DNA of 64,000 bases from Utricularia gibba (taxonomy: Eukaryota; Plantae; Magnoliophyta), in assembly GCA_002189035.1 (NCBI GenBank), contig CM007989.1:6200001-6264000 (forward strand), in the 5' to 3' direction. The notes under the pieces are model-generated. The model worked only from the letters and a program-made list of their open reading frames with translations, had not been told where the DNA came from and searched no databases. Positions 1 through 11,934 of this stretch are shown here, piece after piece (the first letter of the stretch is position 1; each line of letters starts with the position of its first letter). A program made the position numbers and the translations under genes.

Positions 1-584
1 TTTTATTTTGCATTTCAATTCCTTTTTTTTCAAAAAATTTTTCTCATTTTTCTCTTCGAGGGTAATCAACATTTTTATAAAAAAAAATACTCTGGAACAA
101 GATTTGGAAATTATTCATTATTGGAAACCATTTCTTTTAAACAGGTCAAAACCAAGGTTAATTTTAGTATGGTTGGAAAGTCTCGGACTCAACATGTTAG
201 GAACACAAGGAACACGACAAAAAGACAAAGCAGCCAAATAGTTGCATGTTTTTTCTATGTTTGACTGGTACTTACAAAATACTGCTCAGTTTTATATATA
301 CTTTTCTAAAACTCCAAATTTAATGACACATGATCATTTTTTAATTCGCTTTTGTTCTCACGGGTCAAACATTGTGGATTTAGCACCATATTTTTTAAGA
401 AAACCTTAATTATGATTTTTTTTTCCGGAGGGGTGGCGTCGTGGGGTGGACTAGTCGCCAACGTCACGTAAAGGACTAGAAAAACCAAAATCTGACAATC
501 AAGAAGGAAGAATTGTCTGAGCTCCTTCCGTTCCCACTTTTTTCAAGTCCTCGTTCTCATTTCATACCTCCCTTGAAAGTTGAA

Positions 585-608
585 TCTGTCTGTCTGTCTG
601 TCTGTCTG
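585..608. repeat. (TCTG)6 microsatellite upstream of the laccase ATG
   Basis: Direct reading of the sequence; a (GCAACT)n run also lies in intron 1 at about 765-790. Confidence 0.85.
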
Positions 609-664
609 TATATATAGGCTTCTTCCTGCAACTGGGAAACCAACAAGACTTGCCTTTTTCCCAA

Positions 665-3038
665 ATGTCTCCGATGAACGCCATGCTCGCCCTCTTTCTG
701 GCCCTCCTTTTGGGGCATCTCAATCTCGGTCTCGCCATCCTTCATCACCATACCTTCGTGGTAAGCAACTGCAACTGCAACTGCAACTGGATATGCATAT
801 GCAAAACCCCAACTCCAGCTTCCTTTAACTTCGTGTTTGGTTGCAGATCACGGAGTCCCAGTACACCAGGCTGTGCAGCACCAAGAACATACTAACCGTA
901 AACGGACGATTTCCAGGGCCCCCGGTGTTCGTTGCGCAAGGCGACACCATTGTCATTGACGTTGTCAACCAAGCCAGCGAGAACATCACCATCCATTGGT
1001 AGGTCAAGTGATATACTCGGCGTAGGGTAGTCAGAGACGTGTTCAACAAAGGAACACACAGGAAGGGGCCCGACGAAATCGAAACTAATGAGCTTATTGT
1101 TTTTTTTTTTTTTGTTTGTTTTCAAGGCATGGGGTCAAACAGGATCGATATCCCTGGTCTGATGGACCCGAGTACATCACCCAGTGCCCCATTCGCCCCG
1201 GCGGAAGGTTCCGACAGAGGCTGGTGATGACCGACGAGATCGGAACCCTGTGGTGGCACGCGCACAGCGACTGGTCCAGGGCCACTGTTCACGGTCCGCT
1301 TATTGTCTACCCAACCAACGGATCTCGATACCCCTTCCCTCAGCCTCACAGGGAGATTCCCTCATACTAGGTACATTTCAAATCTGCACACCTTTCACAT
1401 TTTAAACGTGACAAAATATTCTCCCTCACACACATGTTAGAAAATACTAGGAAAACAGCGTTATGAAAAATTTTTGAAATCTAAAAAGCTTTTTTTTTTT
1501 TTTGTTTTAACACATCTTGTGCTTTTATATCTAAAAATTAAAAATAAAATTAGTTTTCTTTTTTACTTTTATTTTTATAAAAAATATTTTATTTCTTAAT
1601 CAATCGTGAAGGCGAGTGGTGGAAGAGCGATATTCAAGCCGTCCTCAGCGAATTCCAGCGGACCGGAGGGGATCCCAACGTTTCCGATGCATTTCTCATC
1701 AACGGCCAGCCCGGTGTTCTGTACAATTGTTCCGTTCAAGGTCAGCGTTGTTTTAAATTTCCTCGAAATTTCATGTTTTCGATTTTTTTAAAATTTGATC
1801 ATTTAATGGAGATTTCAATTTTTGTTGTGCTGCTAATTGGACACGTGCGTAATATTTTGATCAACAGATGTATTCAGAATGAGAGTGTCGTACGGGAGAA
1901 CGTATTTGATACGAATGGTGAATGCCGTGATGAACAACATAATGTTCTTCAAGATCGCCAATCACAGCGTCGTCGTCGTGGGATCCGACGGCGCCTACCT
2001 GAAGCCGTTCACGACGGACTACATCGCCATCTCGCCGGGGCAGACCATCGACTTTCTTCTCACCGCCAACCAGCCTCCGAATCAGTACTACATGGCTTCT
2101 AGAGTCTACGCCGCGGCCGCAGCCTTCGACAACAGCACCACTACCGCCATCCTCCAGTACATCGGAACCGAAAGGAATGCTCTCCCGCCGATCTCCGAAA
2201 TCCCGTCTCTCCCGGCCGTCAACAGCACCGCCGCGTCTACCAACTTCACCGCCCGTTTGAGGAGTCTCGCCAGTAGGCAGCACCCCATCAACGTGCCTTT
2301 GAATATCACCAGGAATTTCTTGTTCACGCTCTCCGTCAACATTCAGCCATGTGTCAACAACAGTTGCGTAGGCCCCTTCCAGGAGAGACTTGTAGCCAGT
2401 ATCAACAACGTGACCTTCCAATCGCCGAGAGTCTCCATTCTGGAAGCCTATACCAATGGGATCGAAGGAGTGTATACGGAGGATTTCCCCAATGATCCGC
2501 CGTTTCCATTCAACTACACTCAGATTCCGGTTCCGCTTCCGTTATGGAGGTCGAGCAACGGGACCAGGGTGGTGGTTTTGGATTACAATTCAACGGTTGA
2601 GATCGTCTTCCAAGGGACGAACGTTGTGGGCGGAATCGATCACCCGATGCACCTCCACGGCCAAAGCTTCTACGTCGTCGGCTGGGGATTCGGAAACTTC
2701 AACGCGACAACGGATCCTCTGAACTATAATCTCGTCGATCCTCCTCATCAAAACACGATCGCTGTTCCGGTGAGGGGGTGGACTGCGATCAGGTTCCGTG
2801 CAAACAATCCAGGTAGCAACAGCGCCGCCGTGTTTCATCTAAGCATTTATAGACTCACCACGTGGGCTCCCTTTCATCACATTTGGTTTTTTTTTTTCCA
2901 GGCGTGTGGCTGATGCATTGCCATCTCGAGAGGCACGTGACTTGGGGAATGGAGACGGTGTTCATCACCAGGGACGGCGACCTTCCCGATCAGAAAATGA
3001 TGCCGCCGCCGCTGGACTTTCCTAGTTGCCGCAGTTAA
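665..3038 (+). CDS. LAC: Laccase (multicopper oxidase, LAC14/LAC15-like), 6 exons, apparent 1-nt deletion at end of exon 3
   Basis: Exons 665-760, 847-998, 1127-1370, 1612-1740, 1868-2812, 2902-3038, all GT-AG. Signal-peptide-like N-terminus and four copper motifs: HWHG, WWHAH, HPMHLHG, HCHLERH..WGM. Exon 3 is 244 nt where 245 keeps the frame, giving in-frame TAG at 1368-1370. Confidence 0.93.
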
Positions 3039-3714
3039 GGTCATGCATGCTATGGAGGATCCAGAAGTATTGTTTCATTTATATTCATTCTTTTGCAAAA
3101 CACAATGTAGCGGAAATTGTATTGCATTGCTACAATAATAAATGAATCTTGTAATTTCTTTTGTATTATTTTGACCTTCGGTTACGTGTACTGAGAAATA
3201 TCTAATCACTGGTTGGTCAACGAGAAAACGCATGTCCATTCCTTTTGACACGTGGAGTTTTGAGATTGTGATTAGAACCGATTCCTGACTATCCATACGA
3301 TTTTGATTAGGTTTGAGCTATTTGAAACTGACACACCATGATTCCTATGCGTGTGGAACCAATGGAACATACAGTTAAAAATATTAAAAATTTTAATTAA
3401 ATATTTAAAAAATTAATTAAAACACATGGTCATCCCTTTTTAGATTTTGATACCTCATCCAAGGCCGTTGATTTGCGACTCCATTAGACGCACTTGGGCC
3501 CAACGCAAGCCCGTCCAGTTGGAGGAATATTAGCCTGCCCAGAGTTTCAGATTTTCAAACACGAGATGAATCCAAATGCCGCTTAAAAGGTGATTGGAGG
3601 TTATCTTTTTCCACAGGGATGATTGGTGGTGGATTTTCTTAGTTATCGGTGAAATTCTGATAGCAAAAATGGATTTTTTTTTTGTGTGGTGTGGTAGTTC
3701 TATTAGATGGCAAA

Positions 3715-3853
3715 TATTGTATATTATATTTATTGTCTTATATATTGATAGATAGCATCAATTACATAGATATTTAAGGAGATACTCATGTATACATATC
3801 ACTTTCGTATAGTAGAAATACAACATAATTTTATCCTTTTCTGGAATTCTTCA
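3715..3853 (+). repeat. 5' LTR of copia element (139 bp)
   Basis: TATTG...TTCA; aligns to 11623-11761 at roughly 80% by eye; followed directly by the PBS-like motif. Confidence 0.8.
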
Positions 3854-5907
3854 TGGTATCATAGCAAGGTTGTTTTTTCGTTTTTTGTTCTTTGTACCTT
3901 GTTTCAAGATGACATCTTCTGATGTTCTTTGCACCTTGTTTTGCCCTTTCCCCACTCGTGGCAAACCTTCTTGTTGGCTACAATGATTTATCTTGATTGA
4001 AGGCTATTTATATCTCTATGGGTGGTCAAAATCTGCCTAATCATCATATCGGCTTCAAGAAATTGGTATCGTCGTCTGCTAAGCCGACTAAGGTTGCTAC
4101 CACTTGACGAAGTGTATCGCATGGTGCTCGATTTTGAGCATCGACATTGACTTTCGAATCCGGATGAATGTTCATCATCTTTTCTCACAAGAACTGATTT
4201 CGTCACCTCCAATTCTAATAACACTTTGGATAAGGCCTTTGTGTCGAACATGGCCTAGGAGGCTCTTCAAGTGGGAGAAAGCGGCCAAGATGTGCTTGTT
4301 GTCATTGACTTGGGCATCCAATTGAAAACTGTTGCAAGCTTCATGAGAAGCCTAATGATGCTGGTGGTAAAAGACAATATGCAAATATGGCCGAGACTTT
4401 TGACATTCCAATATTTGGATTAGAGGGTGGTGGCCCTTTAAACTCTCTTCCTCAAGATTTCATTCAACTCTCAACAACAATCCTCTACAACTAAGACTGC
4501 AAATGATGCCAAGGATGATGCTAATTTCACAGGTATGAGTATTTCTCTGACACCTATTAATACTACACATTGGATTTTCAATACAGGCACTACATCTCAC
4601 ATGTGTGAGGACAACACTCCTCTTACTAATATCGATATTTCTAAGGTCAACCAGAGTATTTCTTTGCAAAATAACTCTCGTCTAGGGATTACTGGCTCAG
4701 GAAATTTCCATCTTAAATCTAGTTTGATATTAGATAATGTGCTACAAATGCCTAGATTTATTTTCAACTTGATTTATGTTTTCCATCTTGCTGAGAAATA
4801 CAATTTGAGCGGTATTTTTTTATTTTGATTGCTGATTATTTCAGGGCCGACAAAGTAATAAAATTCTAGCAAATTGGAGATGTGTTAAATTGAATTTATC
4901 AGTTGAGGGATTAGACAAGTAGGGCACACGCCTCTACTATTTTTTCAAATTTTAGTGCTAATTTTGCAAAGAATAATGTTGATTTTCATACTTGACATCT
5001 TCGATTAGGACTTACCTCTTTTCTTATTTTAAGGAATTTATCCATTTTGAATAATTATTTGATTCATGATGATTTTTTTCATATTTTTCGTCTATCGAAA
5101 CAAGAGCCTACCATTTAAGGCTAATCTCAAATGGGCCCAGAAACTATTTTAGTCCTTACATCTCTATCTTTGGGTGCCTTATCATATTTCATTCTCATGT
5201 GGCGATTGGTATTTCATAACCATTTTGGATAAGGTCACACGAGAAAGCCTAATCACATTGGAAAATTTTTAAAAATGGTGGAGGTTCAGTTTGATGCAAA
5301 ATTTAAGCGGATTAGGATGAACAATGGCACCAAAATTTTCAATCGTTCATGTGATTCCTTGTTTCAAGATCATAGTATTTTTTTATCATACTACTTGCAT
5401 TCACTCTCAATTGAAGAGTCGAAATGAAACACCGACAACACGTTGAGCTATCTCGCTTTATATTCTTTTAAGTGAATTTGACGAAGCATTTTTGGGGAGA
5501 TGCCTTCCTAGTTGCTACATATTAACCTCCCATTTGTGACTATTGGTCTCAAAACCCCATATGAGCTATTGTTTAATGAGGCCACGTATTGTTCTCATCT
5601 TTGTATTTTTTGGTGTCTTGCCTATGGAGTTGACACTAGCTCTAATGGTAATAAGCTTGTGCCTCGTTCGGCTCCATCAATGTTTATTAATTATACATCC
5701 ATAATTCCGAATTATCGTCTCATGGATCTTGCCATCAGGAAGGTTTACATTTCACATGATGTTTCATTTGATGAAACTTTTTTATGTTTCACACATCAGG
5801 AGGTTCTCAGAATTATTCGTTGCCTAATGACTTTGCTTCTCGCACACCATCTATTGTTTCTCAGTCCCAACGCATAACATCATCCTTTGATTCTTGATTG
5901 CTTCCAT

Positions 5908-5958
5908 TCCCTACTACCAACTCGAATATCCCTACTACCAACTCGAATATCCCTACTA
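5908..5958 (+). repeat. 21-bp tandem duplication (about 2.4 copies) inside the copia INT-RT linker
   Basis: TCCCTACTACCAACTCGAATA at 5908-5928 and 5929-5949, partial third copy to 5958. Confidence 0.9.
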
Positions 5959-8900
5959 TTTCTCCCTCTCTGGACACCGAAGTTCACACCTATGCTAATG
6001 ACCATAATGATTTCTCTATCTATGATGTAGAATCTGATGTTGCATTGATGTTGAATCTGCCTCCTCAGTAGCTTTCGTGCTGTTGCTATCTCCTGGAAAT
6101 CCTTGCCTATCGACTTGAGTTTGTTGGGAATTGATTTGATGGCTGATCATGCTGCCCTTGATACTCTGCATCAGCCTTCTCCTGATGCAAGTCATCGTGC
6201 CTTCATGACTCATGTTGATAATATTCACGAACTAGCGACATATGGTGAGGCTTCTCAAGATCCCAAGTGGGTTATTGCAATGAATGAAGAATTGGATGCT
6301 TTGCACCGGACTGACACTTGGAAGATTACAGATTTACCCAAGGGTAAGCGAGCCATCGATTGTCATTGAATCTTTAAGACTAAATTAAATCCTAATAGCT
6401 CTATCAATCGCTACAAAGCCCATCACTCAGGGCTTTAGCCAAATTCTGGAGTTGAATATAGTGATGTGTTTGCCTCAATAGCTAAGATCACTATAATTTG
6501 ACTCTTTATTGCCTTTGCCGCACAACGACTTTGCATTTGCATCAATTTGATATCAACAATGCTTTTCTTCATGGTTCTTTGAACATTAATGTGTATATGC
6601 ATTCGAAGGCTTAGTCTCCCAAGGTGTGTCATGTTTTGAAATCTCTCTATAGCTTTAAACAAGCTTCTCGTCATTGGTATCATGAGTTGAAGAATGATTT
6701 GGTATCCTTTTGGTTTTTACCTTATACTAATGATCCTTCTTTCTTCGTTCTAGATAATACTTGGGATATACTTTTTCTCCAAATTTATGTGTATGATATT
6801 CTTGTCATTGGCTCTTCTTCTCAGGCTATTCAAATGCACACTACTTTTCTAGATAATAAATTTTCGTTGAAAAACCTAAGGAAAGAAAAATACTTCCTTA
6901 GTCTAGAACTGTTTCCTTCTCAATAAGGTATTTTTTTTCAATCAATGAAAGTTTATTCTTGACATTATGAAGGATTTTGGTTTTGAATCCTCCAAAGCAA
7001 TTGCATCTCCCTTACCAATGAGCTTACGGTTGTTTGATGATACTTCCCCTATTCTACTTGATGTTGCTCCATATCATTATCTTATTGGTTGCTTACTGTA
7101 CTTGTGTCATACTTGACCTGATCTCACCTTTGCAACTCATCATCTCAATCAGTTTATGTAGCTTCCTCGACAAATGCACTGGAAGTTCGCGCTCCATGTC
7201 ATACATTATTTACATGGTACTTCGACCTGGATTAGATATGCACCTAAGCATGGTGTTTCTTTGAAAGTTTATTGTGATGCTGACTGGGCAGCTTGTCTAA
7301 TAACATGATGCTCGGTCATTGAGTATTGTATCTTCTTTGGTAGCTAACTTGTTTCCCGGAAGGTTAAGAAGCAGTTTGCTATGTCTCAATCATCAACAGA
7401 GGCTAAGTATCGGAGTATGGTTGCAGCCATTGTGGAGCTCAAATGATTGGTGACATTGCTCAAAGACTTTAGGTTCTCTATCGAGACATCTATCCAATTG
7501 TTATGTGATAACAAATCAGCTATCCACATAACTTGGAATCTTGTCTTTCATGAGACAACAAAACATTTGGATATTGATTGTCATATTATTCGAGAAAGTT
7601 TTGATACATGTTTTCTGATTCCACATCACGCCCCGTTTGAGATCCAATTAGCCAATATTTTTACCAAGGTATTAGTATTTTGTTGATTTAATATTGTACG
7701 TCACGATTGTAACCACCAAACGTAGAAAAAACCTATCTATATAAGCTAGTTTATTGATTCAGTTTTGAATAACAAAAACAGATTCTCTGAATTTCCTTTT
7801 CTCTTTCATCCTTCACTAGATTTCTCGTCGAAGTACCATTCGTACATGGTATGGTGAGCATGGAAATAACTTCCAATTGTAGGCATCTTCATCGCAAGAA
7901 TGAATGAAATCAATATTGTCAAGACTCCTGCACCTTCCGGTGGTGGAAACTTCATTGATCGTTCTGATCCATTGATATTGAGTGGATTCAATCACTCTAA
8001 CATCGCCTTGGTAAATTCTCCGTTGACTACACTAAATTATTTTGAATGGTGACGAAACGTATGCTTAGCACTTGGTTCCAAGAATAAACTAGGATTTATC
8101 AATGGCGAAATTGCTTGTCCACTGCAAATAGATTCGATCTATAATCTTTGGATTCACAATGACTATATGATCATGTCATGATTATTGAATTCTATCTCTA
8201 AGAATTTGGTTTCTAGCTTTAATAATGCCTCTAGTTCACGTGACCTTTAGACTTCTCTACAGAATTACTATGATAGATTGAACCATAGTTTATTTTACTA
8301 GATTCAACATGACCTCTACCACTTGAAGCAAGTCAGTTTATCCATTGCTGAGTATTATACTAAACTCAGTGGTCTATGGACAGATTTAGAGATTGTTACA
8401 CCTGATATTCAGTGTCATAATTACTCTGCTCATGTCTCTACTACTAATGTGTTTGCTCCTATGAAACTGACTCAATTCCTACGCAGATTGAATGAAAAAT
8501 ATGAATCAATCAAGAATCAGATAATCGTGATGGATGGTCTTATAGTGGACAAGGCTTATTCCATTCTGTTTAGTGTGGAGCGAGAGAAACACACTACGTC
8601 CCATGGTTCTATCAGCATTTTCTCACATGCTACTATGAACACCACCATATGGAATGTGATAGTCTGATAGTCAAAGAGATGGTCATATTGTATGTCAGTT
8701 TTCTCACAACAATTCTTCCACGGGGAATGTGAAGAAATGAGATGGTCGTTACTATGATTATTGCAAGAAACAAGATCATAGTTGTGAAACATGTTTTATT
8801 CTGATTGGAAATTACCCTCTTGGTGGAAGAAGAAGAAATCATCCTCTAGCACTGGACAATTTCCTAGTAGTTCCTCCAAGGCTTGTCCTTTGAGCCATCC

Positions 8901-11622
8901 TCAACCATACTCCTATCAAATTACTCATTTCCTTGACTCCCCTATTGATTGCACTCTGCACTAGTAGCCTTTTCGTCAGAATCTACAATCCATTCCCTAT
9001 AGCAAGAACTTCATGCCTTGTAGTTTGAGTTTCGCAAGATGTGTCCCTCTGGTCAATCCACCCTTGGTTCTGTTTGTGGTTTATCACAATCGTACATCAA
9101 TATGAGCCAGATGCACTTTGCAGTTATACCTCCTATGGAGCTATCAATGCACAATCATGTATCTGATACCTTTATTTGCTAGCCATGGGAATGGATCATT
9201 GATTCAGGCACTACTACTCACATATGTTTCACTATGCACCACTATGAGCTATCATGCGAGTTTGGAGATGATGTTGTGTTCATGTCGAATGGCTTTTTAG
9301 CAAATGTAGTTCGTGTTGGCACCGTTATGCTGTTAGACGATTTGCACCTACGCAAGGCTCTCTATGTTGCTTTTTTTAAGTTCAACATGTTATATGTGCA
9401 TAAGTTGGTTTTTGATATAAGGGCCATTTTTCATTTTCTTGATAATGGTTAGATTATGCAGGACTAGGAATCTAGTAAGGTGCTAGCAATTGGTCTAATC
9501 TGTGATGACATTTAGATCTTGGATAGATCTAGGCTACCATATTTTATTGCAGCGTCCAAGGCTCTTGCACGACATGGTGTAGTCTCCTTGAGGGATCTCT
9601 TTAATGTCTTGTGGACAAACCTTTTCCTCTTTTGTAGATTTTTTTTGACCATTGACGACTCCTTCTTATAGCATTGTCGATTAGATCATATTTTTGAATT
9701 GAAAGCAATACATATGTATGTTCCTTGTGGTCATCAGTGGCATCACTGCGACATTTGAGAGTACGCTAAATTTCAGCACCCACCTTTCTCCTTCAGTAAC
9801 TTATTTGCCCCTCGGCTTTTCTCCTCCTCTGGACATCAAAGTTCACACCTCTACTGATGACCATAATGATTTCTCTGCCTCAAATGCAGAATCTGATGTT
9901 GCATCTGATGTTGAATCTACCCCCTCAGTAGCTTCCTTGCTGCTGATGTCTCCTAGAAATCCTCGTTGATCGATTTGGGTTCATTGGGAATCGGTTTGGA
10001 TGGCTGATTATGCTGCCGCTATTACTCTACATCAACCTTCTCATGATGCAAGTCATCATGCCTTTATGACTCATGTTGATAATATTCACGAACCAACAAC
10101 ATATGATGAGGCTTCTTAGGATCTCAAGTGAGTTATTGCAATAAATGAAGAATTGGATGTTTTACACTTGGGAGATTATAGATTTACCCAAGGGTAAGCA
10201 AGTCGTCAGTTGTCGTTGGATCTTCAAGACTAAATTAAATCATGATAGCTCTATCAATTGCTACAAAGCTTGTCTCGTTGCTCAGGCTTTTAGCCAAATT
10301 TTGGGAGTTGATTATAGTGATGTGTTTGCCCCAATAACTAAGATCATTATAGTTTGACTCTTTATTGACTTCGTTGTACAATGAGCTTGGTCTTTGCATC
10401 AACTTGATATGAATAATGTTTTTCTTCATGGTTCTTTAGGCATTGAGATCTATATGCGACTTCCACTAGATTATTCTGAGGCTCAGTCCTCCAAGGTGTG
10501 TCATCTTTTGAAATCTCTCTATGGCGTTAAATAGGCACCTCATCGTTGGCATCATGAGTTGAATAATGATTTGACATCCTTTGGGTTTTTATCTTGTACA
10601 AGTGATTCTTGTCTCTTTGCTCATGATAATACTGAGCATATATTTTTCTTCTAATTTATATTTATGATATTATTGTCACTAGCTCTTCTTCTCAGGCTAT
10701 TCATATGCTCACTATTTTTCTAGATAATAATTTTTTGTTGAAAAACTTGGGGGAAGAAAAATATTTCCTCGATATAGAACTATTTCGTTCTCAAAAAGAT
10801 ATTTTCATCAATCAACAAAAATTTATTCTTGACATTGTAAAGGATGTTGATCTCAAATACTCCAACGTAGTTGCATCTCCCTTACCAATGGACTTATGAT
10901 TGTTTGATGATACTTGTCCTATTCTACCTAATGCTGCTCCATATCATCATCTTGTTGGTCGTTTACTATACTTGTATCATACTAGACCTGATCTTGCCTT
11001 TGCAACTCATTATCTCAATCAATTTATGCAACTTTCTCGACAAATGCACTAGAAGGTTGCACTCCATGCCATATAGTATTTACATGGCACTTCCACCTTG
11101 GGATTAGATATGCACCTATGCATGGTGCTTCTTTGAAAATCTATTTTGATGTTGATTGGGCAACTTGTCCAATATCATGATACTCGATCACTATGTATTG
11201 TACCTTCTTTAGTGGCCAACTTGTTTCTTGGAAGCCTAAGAAGCAGTCTAGTGTGTCTCAATCATTTGTAGAGGTTGAGTATCAAAATATGGTTGTAGCC
11301 AATTTGGAACTCAAATGTTTGATGGCATTGCTCAAGGATTTTTTATTCTCTATGAAGACACCTATCCAATTGTTATGTGACAACAAATTAATTATCCACA
11401 TAACTTAGAATTGTGTTTTTCATGAAAGAATAAAACATTTGGATATTGATTGTCATGTTGTTCGAGAAAGTTTTGATAAATGTTTTCTGATTTCACATCA
11501 CATCCGGTCTAAGATCCAATTAACTGATATTTTTATCAAAGTGCTTCCACCTCATGAGTTCCTCACTCTCATAAGACATCTTCAATTGTTTGAATATCAA
11601 GATGATCCATGTTGAGGGTATA

Positions 11623-11761
11623 TATTGGATACCATATTTAGTGACTTTTATGTTGGTAGATTAGCATTATTTACGTAGATATTTAAGTAGATACTTATGT
11701 ATATATATCAATTTCATGTAGTGTAAATACAACACAATTTTAGGAATCATAGAATTCTTCA
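11623..11761 (+). repeat. 3' LTR of copia element (139 bp)
   Basis: Same length and termini as 3715-3853; preceded by a purine-rich tract after the RNaseH remnant. Confidence 0.8.
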
Positions 11762-11934
11762 TCTTTGCTGTGGTGTGTGTGGACTACGGTAGACTTGAAG
11801 TTGCGGCACTTGGTCTTAGGCTTTTCCCTTTTCTAGGAAGTGATGTGAACCGGGGAAGTATGACGCGTTGAGCTCCAACTCGGCCTCCGGCGATCTCTAC
11901 TGCTGTGTTGGAGGAGACTTTTCGTGCTGCGGCG

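Larger units (their letters stand above)
3715..11761 (+). mobile_element. Degenerate composite Ty1/copia LTR retrotransposon with duplicated RT-RNaseH
   Basis: Homologous 139-bp LTRs at 3715-3853 and 11623-11761; PBS-like TGGTATCATAGC at 3854; purine-rich PPT-like GAGGGTA before the 3' LTR. Protease-like WIFNTGTTSHMC (~4570) and WIIDSGTT (~9190), integrase remnants 4990-5760, RT/RNaseH 6230-7690 (CDNKSAIHI..FHETTKHLDIDCH) and again 10090-11550. Many stops and frameshifts. Confidence 0.9.

Noticed and set aside
1861-2838. Long antisense and alternate-frame ORFs over the laccase exon (also over the peroxidase and PUB44 exons)
   Set aside because: Expected shadow ORFs of GC-rich coding sequence, with no independent motifs.
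5908-5958. Short direct repeats as a CRISPR-like array (also the 164-bp duplication at 54120-54425)
   Set aside because: No unique spacers, only 2-3 copies, and both lie inside eukaryotic transposons.
8960-9110. Possible inverted fragment inside the copia composite
   Set aside because: Only a short weak reverse-strand resemblance (KFLAIG) to the post-protease region; not enough to call by eye.
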